The notes: generated from the sequence alone by a model not told the origin. Numbered from the stretch's first letter, positions 40,149 through 50,525 are shown. The stretch: DNA of 64,000 nt from an uncultured bacterium (GCA_964488475.1 CAZAUK010000015.1:1751-65750), one strand, 5' to 3'. Translations and numbers: made by a program.

Positions 40149-40206
40149 GCTTATTCCCGATTAGACTATAGCGACTGATTATTATCAGTGTGGGGGTATT
40201 CAGCTG

Positions 40207-40731
40207 ATGAATCCTGGAAAGGGAACCATACAGGTTTACACCGGAAACGGAAAGGGAAAGACCACCGCTTCTCTGGGACAGGCGATAAGAGCGGCGGGCC
40301 ACGGGTGGAAAGTGGTGATGATTCAGTTTATGAAGGGACGCCTGTACGGTGAGCTCTCAGCCTGTGAAAATATAGAAGGGATGGACATCGAACAGCACGG
40401 GCGGGATGAATTTGTGGATTCTAAGAACCCGGAATCCATAGATGTGGAGCTGGCCGGAAAAGGCTGGGCCAGGGCGCTGGAGCTTGCCGGAGATGAAAGC
40501 GTCGACATGCTCATTCTCGATGAGATCAACGTGGCGGTCTCCTTTGGCCTGATACCGCTTGAAGACCTGATTCGGCTTGTCAGAGACAAGCGGGAAAGCC
40601 TGGAGCTTATCCTGACCGGCCGTTACGCGGATGAGAAGATTATCGCTCTGGCCGATACGGTCACCGAGATGAGAGAGATAAAGCATCATTACCGCGAAGG
40701 CATCGAATCCCGGAAGGGAATCGAGTTTTAA
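40207..40731 (+). CDS. cobO: ATP:cob(I)alamin adenosyltransferase (CobA/CobO/BtuR type)
   Basis: P-loop IQVYTGNGKGKTTAS plus the conserved KGRLYGE...LILDEINVA layout of the CobO family. Confidence 0.8.
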   Translation: MNPGKGTIQVYTGNGKGKTTASLGQAIRAAGHGWKVVMIQFMKGRLYGELSACENIEGMDIEQHGRDEFVDSKNPESIDVELAGKGWARALELAGDESVDMLILDEINVAVSFGLIPLEDLIRLVRDKRESLELILTGRYADEKIIALADTVTEMREIKHHYREGIESRKGIEF

Positions 40732-40738
40732 AGATATT

Positions 40739-41704
40739 ATGAGGGATAAAAGAGATATAGGTTCCGTAATAGCCGACTTTAAGAAGGGCAGGACCGCTGC
40801 GGCTGGAAAGCTTTTCACCATTCTGGAGAGCGGGGGAAGGGAAGCGGAGGAGCTGGTGGAAATGATCTTTCCCATGCTGAGAGGTGTTTACCGGGTCGGT
40901 TTCACGGGTCCTCCCGGAGCGGGAAAGAGCACCATTATATCAAAGCTCACCGGATTCTTCAGAAAAGAGGAGAAGAAAGTGGGCATAATAGTGGTGGATC
41001 CCACCAGTCCATTCAGCGGGGGCGCGCTTCTAGGTGACAGGATAAGAATGCAGCATCTCTCCAGCGATCCTGGAGTGTTCGTGCGCAGCCTGGCCAGCAG
41101 GGGCAGCCTGGGGGGCATATCAAACTGCACCGACGAGGCGGTTGATATCCTGGACGCTTTCGGCAAGGACATCGTATTGGTGGAAACGGTGGGGGTTGGC
41201 CAGTCGGAACTGGAGGTCGCCCAGAAGACCCACACTGTGGTGGTTATTCTGGTACCGGAGTCGGGCGACGGAATCCAGGCGATGAAAGCCGGCCTTATGG
41301 AAATAGGCGATATATTCGTTATGAACAAGTCCGATCACCAGGACGCGGAAATGGCGGCCAGGGAGATCGAATACACCCTTCGCCTGAAGGAGGTATCCGC
41401 CGGGGATTGGTCGCCCAGGGTGATACTGACTTCCGGGCTCAGGGGCGAGGGCGTGGGTGATCTGAAGGAAGCGATTCGGGAGCACAGGGAGTATCTGGCG
41501 GAAAACCGGCTCATGGAGAAGAAGAACAGGCAGATTCTCTTCTCCAGGGTCAAGAACGCCCTTATGGACAGACTTGAAAGAAAGATCAGAAGCAGCGAGA
41601 AAGTCGACCGGCTTCTGGAGCAGAGGATGCCGGAGGTATATTCCGGCGGGATATCCCCTTACAGGGTAGTTTATGAGCTTGACAGGATGATCAATATAGA
41701 TTGA
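40739..41704 (+). CDS. meaB: methylmalonyl-CoA mutase-associated G-protein chaperone (MeaB/ArgK)
   Basis: Walker A GPPGAGKST. NKSD (VMNKSD) G4 motif. 321 aa. Confidence 0.85.
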   Translation: MRDKRDIGSVIADFKKGRTAAAGKLFTILESGGREAEELVEMIFPMLRGVYRVGFTGPPGAGKSTIISKLTGFFRKEEKKVGIIVVDPTSPFSGGALLGDRIRMQHLSSDPGVFVRSLASRGSLGGISNCTDEAVDILDAFGKDIVLVETVGVGQSELEVAQKTHTVVVILVPESGDGIQAMKAGLMEIGDIFVMNKSDHQDAEMAAREIEYTLRLKEVSAGDWSPRVILTSGLRGEGVGDLKEAIREHREYLAENRLMEKKNRQILFSRVKNALMDRLERKIRSSEKVDRLLEQRMPEVYSGGISPYRVVYELDRMINID

Positions 41705-41778
41705 CCGCGACAGCCCGGTAGGAAGCCCATCACCGGAGTTCGCGGTTCGATCGCAAACGGATTTTCAGGAGAAGCAAA

Positions 41779-43437
41779 ATGGAAGACGAAGAAAGATACC
41801 TGCCCGGCGAGAAGAGATACATCGAGAAGTTCGATAATTGTTCTTTACGGGACGCTGATTTCACCACGGTTTCTTCCGAAGAGGTAAAGCCGGTCTACAC
41901 TCCCCGAGATATCGAAGCGCTCGATTATAACGCGGAGCTTGGATTTCCGGGGGAGTATCCGTATACCCGGGGCGTCTACACCAGCATGTACCGTGGAAGG
42001 CTCTGGACCATGAGGCAGTTCGCGGGGTTTGGCTCCGCCATGGACACCAACAGAAGGTACCACTATCTACTGGACCACGGGCAGACCGGGCTAAGCGTGG
42101 CTTTCGACATGCCCACGATAATGGGTTACGACTCCGATCACGAGAGGTCTCTGGGGGAGGTGGGCAAGTGCGGAGTGGCGATTGATTCTTTAAGGGACAT
42201 GGAAGTCCTCTTCGACGGAATAGACCTTTCCAGGATCACCACCTCCATGACCATTAACGCTCCCGCTTCGATTCTATTCTCGTTCTATCTATGCGCGGGA
42301 GAAAAGAAGGGAATCCCCTTTGAAAAAATGGGAGGGACAATCCAGAACGATATTCTCAAGGAATACATAGCGCAGAAGTCATGGATCTTCCCGCCCGAGC
42401 CCTCTATGCGAATCATCACCGATATTCTGCAGTTCTGCTCCAGCCATGTTCCACGCTGGAATACGATAAGTATCAGCGGCTATCACATAAGGGAAGCGGG
42501 GTCTACAGCGGTTCAGGAACTGGCATTCACCCTGGCCGACGGCTTCGCCTACGTGGAGGCCGCAATCGAGGCCGGGCTTGACGTGGATAGTTTCGCGCCC
42601 CGCCTTTCGTTCTTCTTCAACTCCCATCTGGACTTTTTCGAGGAGATCGCCAAGTACCGGGCGGCCAGAAGGATTTGGGCGAAGAGGATGAAGGAGAAGT
42701 ACGGAGCAAAGGACGAACGCTCTCTTCTTTTGAGGTTTCATACGCAGACGGCAGGATGCACCCTGACCGCCCAGCAGCCTGAGAACAATATCGTACGGAC
42801 CGCCTTTCAGGCCCTTTCCGCGGTACTGGGCGGGACCCAGTCCCTGCATACCAATTCCATGGACGAGACCCTGGCCCTTCCCACAGAGAAAGCGGTGCGG
42901 ATAGCGCTTAGGACCCAGCAGCTTATCGCCCATGAGACGGGAGTAGCGAACTCGGCGGACCCTCTGGCGGGAAGCTATATGATTGAGAGCAAGACCAGGG
43001 AGATGCAGGAGAAGGCCGAGGAATACTTCGAAAGGATAGATCAGCTGGGCGGGGTGGTAAAGGCTATCGAGAAAGGATTCTTTCAGAAGGAGATCAGCAG
43101 GGCCGCCTATGAATATCAGAAAGCGGTGGAAGCGGAAAGGAAGACCATAGTAGGGTTAAACAGGTTCGTGATGGAGGACGAAGAACTCGAGATACCGCTT
43201 CTTAGAATCGACCAGAAGGTGGAGGACAATCAGCGCTCGGCCCTGAAAAAGCTCAGGGAGGAGAGGGACAACGACAAAGCATCGCGGGAGCTTGCCGATC
43301 TGGGAGCCAGGGCTGAAAGCGGCGATAATCTGATACCGGCCATACTGGAATGCGCTAGATGCTACTGCACCGAGGGCGAGATAGTGGCCGAGCTCAAGAA
43401 GGTTTTCGGAGAATACCAGGAACCACTGTTTCTATAA
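41779..43437 (+). CDS. B12-dependent acyl-CoA mutase large (catalytic TIM-barrel) subunit, paralog A (split form)
   Basis: 552 aa. [25 protein letters not shown] plus the rest of the MCM-family barrel. Lacks a fused B12-binding domain. Followed by a separate small subunit. Confidence 0.85.
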   Translation: MEDEERYLPGEKRYIEKFDNCSLRDADFTTVSSEEVKPVYTPRDIEALDYNAELGFPGEYPYTRGVYTSMYRGRLWTMRQFAGFGSAMDTNRRYHYLLDHGQTGLSVAFDMPTIMGYDSDHERSLGEVGKCGVAIDSLRDMEVLFDGIDLSRITTSMTINAPASILFSFYLCAGEKKGIPFEKMGGTIQNDILKEYIAQKSWIFPPEPSMRIITDILQFCSSHVPRWNTISISGYHIREAGSTAVQELAFTLADGFAYVEAAIEAGLDVDSFAPRLSFFFNSHLDFFEEIAKYRAARRIWAKRMKEKYGAKDERSLLLRFHTQTAGCTLTAQQPENNIVRTAFQALSAVLGGTQSLHTNSMDETLALPTEKAVRIALRTQQLIAHETGVANSADPLAGSYMIESKTREMQEKAEEYFERIDQLGGVVKAIEKGFFQKEISRAAYEYQKAVEAERKTIVGLNRFVMEDEELEIPLLRIDQKVEDNQRSALKKLREERDNDKASRELADLGARAESGDNLIPAILECARCYCTEGEIVAELKKVFGEYQEPLFL

Positions 43438-43461
43438 ATCTTAATCCGGGAGGAAAAGCAG

Positions 43462-43863
43462 ATGACAAAGAAGATAAGAGTCCTGATCGCCAAACCGGGT
43501 CTGGACGGCCACGACAGGGGAGCCAAGGTGGTCGCCAACGCTCTTAAGGACGCCGGTATGGAGGTCATTTACACGGGACTTCACCAGACTCCGGAGATGA
43601 TAGCTGAATCGGCGGTTCAGGAGGATGTCGACGTGGTCGGGATGAGCATCCTCTCCGGTGCCCACATGACTCTTTTCCCCAAAGTCATGGAGCTTTTAAA
43701 GAATAAGGGGGCTGGAGACACCATGGTGTTCGGAGGAGGCATAGTTCCGGCCGAAGATATTGAGGAGCTGGAGAAGATGGGAGTGACAAAGGTATTCGGC
43801 CCCGGAACCAAAACCACCGAGATAATAGATTTTCTGAAGAGCAGTTTCGGCGAGGAGCGGTAG
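43462..43863 (+). CDS. acyl-CoA mutase small subunit (B12-binding domain)
   Basis: 133 aa. B12-binding DxHxxG motif ([12 protein letters not shown]). Rossmann-like layout typical of MCM C-terminal domains. Confidence 0.85.
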   Translation: MTKKIRVLIAKPGLDGHDRGAKVVANALKDAGMEVIYTGLHQTPEMIAESAVQEDVDVVGMSILSGAHMTLFPKVMELLKNKGAGDTMVFGGGIVPAEDIEELEKMGVTKVFGPGTKTTEIIDFLKSSFGEER

Positions 43864-43894
43864 CGGCCTGTCCGCCCGAAAGGGCGGGGGTAAC

Positions 43895-43928
43895 CGGAGG
43901 CTCCTCCGGGTCTTCTGCCGGAGTTTTT
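43895..43928 (+). terminator. Rho-independent terminator after the mutase small-subunit gene
   Basis: CTCCGG-GTCTTCTG-CCGGAG stem-loop followed by TTTTT (43924-43928). Preceded by the CCGCCC-GAAA-GGGCGG hairpin at 43872-43887. Confidence 0.55.
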
Positions 43929-43966
43929 GAGACTGGCAAACAACCAACGCGAAGAAGGGAGAAAAG

Positions 43967-45151
43967 ATGGATCACGAAATAATTATCGCCGGACCAGCGA
44001 GGACAGCAATCGGCAAATTCGAAGGCGGGCTTTCCAAGATCAAGGCCACCGAGCTGGGCAGCAGGGTTGTGGCGGAAGCCGTAAAGAGGGCTGGAATAAA
44101 GCCTGATATGGTCGATGAAGTAATAATGGGAAACGTTCTTGGAGCGGGCCAGGGGCAGAATCCGGCCAGGCAGGCACTGATTCACGGGGGAGTGCCCAGT
44201 TCGGCGGGAGCAATGACCATAAACAAGGTCTGCGGCTCGGGGCTTAAAGCGGTCGCGCTGGCCTTTCAGGCGGTGGCTCTGGGCGATGAGGACGTTGTGG
44301 TCGCGGGTGGAATGGAGAGCATGGACAACGCTCCCTATATTCTGAGAAAAGCCAGGACCGGATACAGGCTTGGAGACGGAAAACTGGTAGATGCCATGGT
44401 CTTTGACGGATTATGGGACATATACAACGATTACCACATGGGAAATACCGCCGAACTGGTCAGCGAAAAGTACAATATCACCAGAGAGGAGATGGACGAG
44501 TACGCCCTTAACAGCCATCTCAAGGCGGTCAAAGCGACAGCGGAAGGCTGGTTCGAGGATGAAATAGTACCCTTTGAGGTTCCCAGAAGGAAGAAAGAGC
44601 CGGTGGTGTTTGAAAAGGACGAGGGGCCCAGGGCCGACAGCAATCTGGAGGCGCTCTCAAAGCTGAAGCCGGTATTCAAAAAGGACGGGACCATAACTCC
44701 CGGAAACGCGTCGCAGATCAGCGACGGCGCCGCCGCCATGGTGGTTATGACGGCGAAGAAGGCGCAGGAACTTGGAGTCACCCCCGTTGCCAGGATCACC
44801 GGCTACGCCACGGGCGGGTTGGACCCCGAATGGGTCATGATGACTCCCACGGTCGCGGTGCCCAAACTGTTGGAGAAGACCGGAATGAAGCTGGATGATT
44901 TTGATCTGATCGAACTTAATGAGGCGTTCGCCGTGCAGCCTTGCGCCGTGATGAAGGAATTGGGCATGGATCCGGAAAAGGTCAACGTGCACGGAGGCGC
45001 CGTGGCTCTGGGCCACCCCATAGGATGTTCCGGGGCAAGGATCCTGGTCACCCTTATTCACGCTCTGAAGAGAACGGGTGGAAAGAAGGGCCTGGCCACC
45101 TTGTGCCTGGGAGGCGGAAACGCGGTGGCTCTGAGCGTGGAGATGGTCTGA
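43967..45151 (+). CDS. acetyl-CoA C-acetyltransferase (thiolase II)
   Basis: 394 aa. Active-site Cys region VCGSGLKAV. C-terminal GHPIGCSGARI and NGGAIALGHP-like motifs. Confidence 0.9.
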   Translation: MDHEIIIAGPARTAIGKFEGGLSKIKATELGSRVVAEAVKRAGIKPDMVDEVIMGNVLGAGQGQNPARQALIHGGVPSSAGAMTINKVCGSGLKAVALAFQAVALGDEDVVVAGGMESMDNAPYILRKARTGYRLGDGKLVDAMVFDGLWDIYNDYHMGNTAELVSEKYNITREEMDEYALNSHLKAVKATAEGWFEDEIVPFEVPRRKKEPVVFEKDEGPRADSNLEALSKLKPVFKKDGTITPGNASQISDGAAAMVVMTAKKAQELGVTPVARITGYATGGLDPEWVMMTPTVAVPKLLEKTGMKLDDFDLIELNEAFAVQPCAVMKELGMDPEKVNVHGGAVALGHPIGCSGARILVTLIHALKRTGGKKGLATLCLGGGNAVALSVEMV

Positions 45152-45200
45152 GAATCAGCTCGAATCACGAAAGCAATCAAGTAATTAATCGGAGGTAAAT

Positions 45201-46052
45201 ATGGCTATTAAGAAAGTAACCGTTGCGGGAGCGGGAACCATGGGCAACGGAATCGTGCAGGTTTTCGCTCAAAATGGTTTTGAAGTGACCATGCTCGACA
45301 TCAAGGAATCTTTTCTGGAGAGGGGGGTGGAGAATATCAGCAAGAGCCTATCCAGAATGGCCAAGAAGGGAAAGATAGAGGAGGCCGATACAGAAAAGAT
45401 ACTGGGAAGGATAACTACCACCACCGAGGTCGCCGACGGCGCCGGATGCGATCTGCTGATAGAAGCTATATACGAAGACTTCAGCGCCAAGAGCGGAATC
45501 TTCAGGGAATTGGATTCCAAATGCGATGAGGATGTCATTTTCGCCAGCAACACGTCATCGATATCGATAACCGCGCTGGCAGCCGAGACTACCAGACCGG
45601 AAAAATTCATCGGAATGCATTTTATGAATCCGGTTCCGGTGATGAAGCTGGTGGAGGTCATAAGGGGACTGGAGACCGATGACAAGACCACCCGGGAGAT
45701 AGTGGAGCTGAGCAAGGAACTCGGCAAGGAGCCTCTGGAGGTAAACGACTATCCCGGATTCGTTTCCAACCGGGTCCTTATGCCTATGATCAACGAAGCC
45801 TGCTTCTGCCTTATGGAGGGGGTGGCCACCAGGGAGGCCATAGACGGGGTGATGAAGCTTGGAATGGCCCATCCCATGGGGCCTCTGGCGTTGGCGGACC
45901 TGATCGGGCTGGACATCTGCCTGAATATTCTCAAAGTGCTTCAGAGTGGATTCGGCGACCCGAAATACAGGCCCTGCCCGCTCCTGGTGAAGAAGGTGGA
46001 GGCGGGGCAGCTGGGAAGAAAGGCCGGGCGTGGTTTCTACGAGTATGAATAG
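45201..46052 (+). CDS. hbd: 3-hydroxybutyryl-CoA dehydrogenase
   Basis: N-terminal NAD-binding VAGAGTMGNGI. 3HCDH N and C domains. 283 aa. Confidence 0.9.
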   Translation: MAIKKVTVAGAGTMGNGIVQVFAQNGFEVTMLDIKESFLERGVENISKSLSRMAKKGKIEEADTEKILGRITTTTEVADGAGCDLLIEAIYEDFSAKSGIFRELDSKCDEDVIFASNTSSISITALAAETTRPEKFIGMHFMNPVPVMKLVEVIRGLETDDKTTREIVELSKELGKEPLEVNDYPGFVSNRVLMPMINEACFCLMEGVATREAIDGVMKLGMAHPMGPLALADLIGLDICLNILKVLQSGFGDPKYRPCPLLVKKVEAGQLGRKAGRGFYEYE

Positions 46053-46057
46053 ATCCG

Positions 46058-46456
46058 CTATTCCTGTTCCAGCTCAATCAGGACGCCGTTAGTCGAAGAG
46101 GGATGCAGGAAGGCCACCGGCTTGCCTTCAGCGCCGGGCCGGGCCTCTTTGTCGATCAGCCTGATTCCCGCGCCGGCGAGTTGCTCAAGCGACCGGTCTA
46201 TGTTCCGCACCCTGAAGCAGAGGTGGTGGATTCCCGGTCCTCTCTTCTCTATGAATCTTGATATGGCGCTGTCCGGGCTGGTCCCTTCCAGCAGCTCCAC
46301 TTTGGTGTTTCCGGAATCCAGAATGGCCACTCTGAGGCCTCTGTCGGGGAGTTCCCTGGCCCCGGCCGTCTCAAGGCCCAGGATGTCCCGGTAGATACAG
46401 AGGGCTTCTTCCAGGTCCCTGACCGCGATTCCTATATGGGACAGTCCGTCCAGCAT
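46058..46456 (-). CDS. mce: methylmalonyl-CoA epimerase (VOC/glyoxalase-fold)
   Basis: 132 aa. VOC-fold tandem beta-alpha-beta-beta-beta. HIGIAV and HHLCF metal-ligand positions. Adjacent to mutase and carboxyltransferase genes. Confidence 0.75.
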   Translation of the reverse strand: MLDGLSHIGIAVRDLEEALCIYRDILGLETAGARELPDRGLRVAILDSGNTKVELLEGTSPDSAISRFIEKRGPGIHHLCFRVRNIDRSLEQLAGAGIRLIDKEARPGAEGKPVAFLHPSSTNGVLIELEQE

Positions 46457-46478
46457 GCGATTACCTCCATCTGCGGGG

Positions 46479-48152
46479 TTACAGGTCTGAAGACGGGGTG
46501 TATTTTCCGAAAACCCTTTCCAGGGCGGACGATATTTCTCCTACTGTGCACCTGCCTTTCACCGCTTCGATGATGGGAGGCATGAGGTTTCCGGTTCCCC
46601 TTGCGGTTTCAGTGATTCTGCGAAGAAGAGATTCTGTCTTTCCCGCTTTTCTCTCTTTCTTGAATTGGAACAGTTCAGCCACGTGTCTCTTTTCCATCTC
46701 CCGGTCCACGCTGAAATCGCCCTGGGTTATATCTTCTTCTATTTTGTAATCGTTTAATCCCACGATCACCGTGTCGTTCTTTTCGATGGCCATCTGGTAG
46801 CGGTAGGCGCTCTTTTCGATTTCCTTCTGGGGGAAATTCTTTTCGATAGCCTTTATCATTCCTCCCATATCCTCGACTCTCTCCATGATCTCGAGTATCT
46901 CGTTTTCCAGGTCGCCGGTAAGCTTCTCGATAAAGTAACTTCCACCCAGAGGGTCTATGGTGTCGCAGACTCCCGATTCAGCCGCTATTACCTGCTGGGT
47001 TCTCAGGGCGGTAAGAACCGAATCCTCCGAGGGAAGATTCAGGGCCTCGTCCTTGGAATTGGTATGAAGGGACTGGGTTCCACCAAGGACCGCGGCCAGC
47101 GCCTGAAGGGTGACCCGGATCACGTTGTTTTCATACTGCTGCGCTGTAAGGGTGCATCCCGCGGTCTGCGAATGGAATCTGAGAAGGAGGGATTTGTTCT
47201 TCTTTGCCTTGAACCTTTCTCTCATCAGCCTGGCGTAGATGCGCCGGGCCGCCCTGAATTTTGCCACCTCCTCGAAGATATTATTGTGCACTCCAAAGAA
47301 GAACGAAAGCCTGGGAGCGAACTCGTCGATATCCAGACCCGCCTTCAGGGCGGCTTTCACGTAGGCTACAGCGTCGGAGAGAGTGAAGGCCACCTCCTGG
47401 GCGGCCGTTGAGCCGGCTTCCCTTATGTGATATCCGCTGATGGAGATAGTGTTCCACCTGGGCGTGTTTTCCCTGCACCACTCGAAGATGTCGGTGATGA
47501 TTCTCATGGATGGTCCGGGAGGATAGATATAGGTCCCGCGGGCGTAGTACTCTTTAAGTATATCGTTCTGAATCGTTCCGGATATGTTTTCCACCGGGAC
47601 GCCGTTTTCCTCGGCGACGGCGGCGTACATGGCGAGAAGCACAGCGGCTGTGGCGTTGATCGTCATCGAAGTGCTGACCTTCTCAAGCGGAATATCCCTG
47701 AACAGGGTTCTGAAGTCCTCGATCGAATCTATCGCCACGCCCACCTTTCCCACCTCGCCCGCAGACAGCGGGTTATCGGAGTCTATACCCATCTGGGTGG
47801 GCAGGTCGAATGCCACCGACAGCCCGGTCTGCCCCTTTTCCAGAAGATATCTGAACCTTCTGTTGGTCTCGGCGGCGCCTCCGAAGCCGGCGTACTGGCG
47901 CATAGTCCAGAGCCTACCCCGGTACATCGTGGGATAGACCCCCCTGGTATAGGGATAAACAGCGGGAAAACCGAGGTTTTCACTATAACCTGTACGGTCG
48001 AAATCGAGTGGAGTGTAAAGGGGTTTTATGGGAATGCCGGAGGTGGTCTCGAAGGAATCCCTTCGCTCACCCTTCGATTCCCTGAATGGGGAATAGACCT
48101 TATCCTTCCAGTCTGAAAAATCATTCCCGACGGTGTCTTTTTCCTTTTTCAT
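46479..48152 (-). CDS. B12-dependent acyl-CoA mutase large subunit, paralog B (probable methylmalonyl-CoA mutase catalytic subunit)
   Basis: 557 aa. [25 protein letters not shown]. Collinear with paralog A. Flanked by epimerase and carboxyltransferase genes. Confidence 0.85.
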   Translation of the reverse strand: MKKEKDTVGNDFSDWKDKVYSPFRESKGERRDSFETTSGIPIKPLYTPLDFDRTGYSENLGFPAVYPYTRGVYPTMYRGRLWTMRQYAGFGGAAETNRRFRYLLEKGQTGLSVAFDLPTQMGIDSDNPLSAGEVGKVGVAIDSIEDFRTLFRDIPLEKVSTSMTINATAAVLLAMYAAVAEENGVPVENISGTIQNDILKEYYARGTYIYPPGPSMRIITDIFEWCRENTPRWNTISISGYHIREAGSTAAQEVAFTLSDAVAYVKAALKAGLDIDEFAPRLSFFFGVHNNIFEEVAKFRAARRIYARLMRERFKAKKNKSLLLRFHSQTAGCTLTAQQYENNVIRVTLQALAAVLGGTQSLHTNSKDEALNLPSEDSVLTALRTQQVIAAESGVCDTIDPLGGSYFIEKLTGDLENEILEIMERVEDMGGMIKAIEKNFPQKEIEKSAYRYQMAIEKNDTVIVGLNDYKIEEDITQGDFSVDREMEKRHVAELFQFKKERKAGKTESLLRRITETARGTGNLMPPIIEAVKGRCTVGEISSALERVFGKYTPSSDL

Positions 48153-48210
48153 CGCTCCCTTTCCGCAAGGCTTTCATAGAACCCGGCTGGCTAATGAAGC
48201 AGTTTATCTA

Positions 48211-49764
48211 TTAAAGAGGCATGTTCCCGTGTTTTTTGGGGGGAAGCTGCTGTCTCTTGTTTAGCAGATTTTCCAGAGCGTGGATGACCATCGGCCTGGT
48301 GGTCTCCGGCATTATGACATCGTCAATATAGCCCAGGGACGCCGCGACGTATGGATTAGCGAAAGCGTTCTCGTAATCCTCGATCTTCTCCTTCAGCTTG
48401 GCCTCTGGATCATCGCTGGCTTTTATCTCCCGCCTGAAAAGAATATTGGCCGCGCCTCCAGCTCCCATGACCGCCAGCTCTGCGGTCGGCCAGGCTACGT
48501 TGTAATCGCTCCGGATATGCTTGCTCGACATCACACAGTAGGCTCCGCCGTATGCCTTTCTGGTTATCACGGTGAGCTTGGGTACGGTCGCCTCGCAGTA
48601 GGCGTATATCAGCTTGGCCCCGTGCTTGATTATGCCGTTCCATTCCTGGTCCGTTCCGGGAAGGAACCCCGGGACGTCTTCAAAGGTCAGGATGGGAATA
48701 TTGAAGGCGTCGCAGAATCTGACAAAGCGGGCTCCCTTGATCGAACTCTCTATGTCCAGGACCCCGGCCAGATGCATCGGCTGGTTAGCCACTATTCCCA
48801 CCGAATGGCCGTTGAGCCTGGCGAAACCCACTACTATGTTGATGCTGTGAAGGGCCTGTACTTCAAAGAAATCCCCATCATCGACGATCATTCTTATTAC
48901 CTTATGTATGTCGTAGGGCGCCCTCGGGTCGTCGGGGACGATGTCGTTAAGCCCCTTTTCCATACGGTTGGGATAATCCGAAGGGTTGACGTAGGGGGGA
49001 TCTTCCAGGTTGTTCTGGGGAAGAAAAGACAGCAGCTCCTTGATCATTTCGATGCATTCTTCGTCGTCTTCAGCCAGAAAGTGGGCCACTCCGCTCTTGG
49101 TATTGTGGGTCATACCGCCGCCCAGCTCTTCCTGGGAAATATCCTCATGGGTAACCTTTCTTATGACGTTGGGACCGGTGATGAACATATGGCTGGTCCC
49201 GTCCACCATGAATATGAAGTCGGTAAGAGCGGGGGAATATACCGCGCCTCCGGCGCTGGGCCCCATTATAGCTGATATCTGAGGGATCACACCCGAAGCC
49301 AGGGTGTTTCTCAGAAAGATGTCGGCGTATCCTCCCAGGCTGGCCACCCCCTCCTGGATCCTGGCTCCTCCGCTGTCATTGAGGCCGATTATCGGAGCCC
49401 CGTTGTCCAGAGCCAGTTCCATAAGGCGGGTTATCTTTCCGGCGTTGGACTCGCTGAGAGAACCTCCGAACACGGTAAAATCCTGGGCGAAGGCGAAGGT
49501 GTTTCTACCGTTGATCAGGCCGTGGCCGCACACTACTCCATCTCCCACGATCTTTTTGTCCTCCAGGCCGGGCCAGCTGCTGCGATGGGTTACGAACACT
49601 CCCAGTTCCTGAAAAGTCCCCTCTTCGAAAAGCAGGTGGATCCTCTCTCTGGCGGTCAGGCGGCCTGATTTATGTATTTTCTGAATACGCTCTTCGCCGC
49701 CCCCCAAAAGAGCCTGTTTTCTCTTTTTAGCGAGTTCATCATACTTTTTCTTCTTGGATTTCAA
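48211..49764 (-). CDS. acyl-CoA carboxyltransferase (propionyl-CoA carboxylase beta / methylmalonyl-CoA decarboxylase alpha family)
   Basis: 517 aa. Carboxyltransferase N and C domains (GGSLSESNAGKI; IVANQPMHLAGVLD). Confidence 0.85.
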   Translation of the reverse strand: MKSKKKKYDELAKKRKQALLGGGEERIQKIHKSGRLTARERIHLLFEEGTFQELGVFVTHRSSWPGLEDKKIVGDGVVCGHGLINGRNTFAFAQDFTVFGGSLSESNAGKITRLMELALDNGAPIIGLNDSGGARIQEGVASLGGYADIFLRNTLASGVIPQISAIMGPSAGGAVYSPALTDFIFMVDGTSHMFITGPNVIRKVTHEDISQEELGGGMTHNTKSGVAHFLAEDDEECIEMIKELLSFLPQNNLEDPPYVNPSDYPNRMEKGLNDIVPDDPRAPYDIHKVIRMIVDDGDFFEVQALHSINIVVGFARLNGHSVGIVANQPMHLAGVLDIESSIKGARFVRFCDAFNIPILTFEDVPGFLPGTDQEWNGIIKHGAKLIYAYCEATVPKLTVITRKAYGGAYCVMSSKHIRSDYNVAWPTAELAVMGAGGAANILFRREIKASDDPEAKLKEKIEDYENAFANPYVAASLGYIDDVIMPETTRPMVIHALENLLNKRQQLPPKKHGNMPL

Positions 49765-49942
49765 TTTTTCCCTCCAGGGAATCAGTCTTTAAAAGGCTAG
49801 TTTTCTTTACCAGTGTATATTAGGAAAATGTAACCCATTCGGTCAATCTCAATAAACAAATTATGTTGTGTTTTGTGCCGCTCCGGGTTAGTTTTATATT
49901 GTTAGGACGTTGCGGTTTGAATACTGATTCGGAGGTAATCAA

Positions 49943-50512
49943 ATGAAATCCGGAAGATTTATGCTGGTTATTCTCGGGCTGGTCGCGATATGCGCTCTTT
50001 CAGCATCATGCTCCGGGGGCGGTGGGGAAGGCGAAGAAAAGGCCAGTGGCGAAGAGACCAAAAGCAATCTTACCTACGTGTCTGAAGAGTACAGTTTTGG
50101 CGTTTTCTTCGATAGAGAGGGAAACACCAGGACGCTTGAGCTCGGCCCCGATAAGAAGGAGTTCAAGGCTTACATAATGATCAAGTTTCCGGAGGAGACC
50201 CCTATCAAGGCTGTTCAGTGGAAACTCGAACTTCCGGAAGGCGTGGAGATCACCAATGATGATTACTACTCCGGAAGAAACCTGACCCTTGGAAATATGT
50301 TCAAGGGTTTCAGTGAGGGTTTTCCCTGCGTAAAGGGACCTTCCCTGCTCCTTCATACCCTTACCTTGAAAACCGCCAAACCTCTTGAAGACGCCGTAAT
50401 TTCGATAGTGCCCGCTCACAGGGACGATTTCCTCGGTGTGGTAACCTGTGAGGAAGGTAACCCCATGATCAGGTCGGCGTCATACGTGGGTGTGGTAAAC
50501 CCGACGGATTGA
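49943..50512 (+). CDS. lipoprotein of unknown function
   Basis: Signal peptide with lipobox LSASC followed by a Gly/Glu-rich linker. 189 aa. Ends 14 nt before the M6 protease gene. Confidence 0.5.
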   Translation: MKSGRFMLVILGLVAICALSASCSGGGGEGEEKASGEETKSNLTYVSEEYSFGVFFDREGNTRTLELGPDKKEFKAYIMIKFPEETPIKAVQWKLELPEGVEITNDDYYSGRNLTLGNMFKGFSEGFPCVKGPSLLLHTLTLKTAKPLEDAVISIVPAHRDDFLGVVTCEEGNPMIRSASYVGVVNPTD

Positions 50513-50525
50513 GCTGAATTGAATT

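Noticed and set aside
40013-40206. Possible cobalamin riboswitch upstream of cobO
   Set aside because: The GC hairpin at 40057-40104 lies before the promoter-like element. The transcribed leader is only ~58 nt. No B12-box (GCCACTG-like) is present. Too short for a cobalamin riboswitch.
48280-49275. 331-aa plus-strand ORF inside the carboxyltransferase gene
   Set aside because: Antisense to a strongly supported carboxyltransferase, with no recognisable domains.
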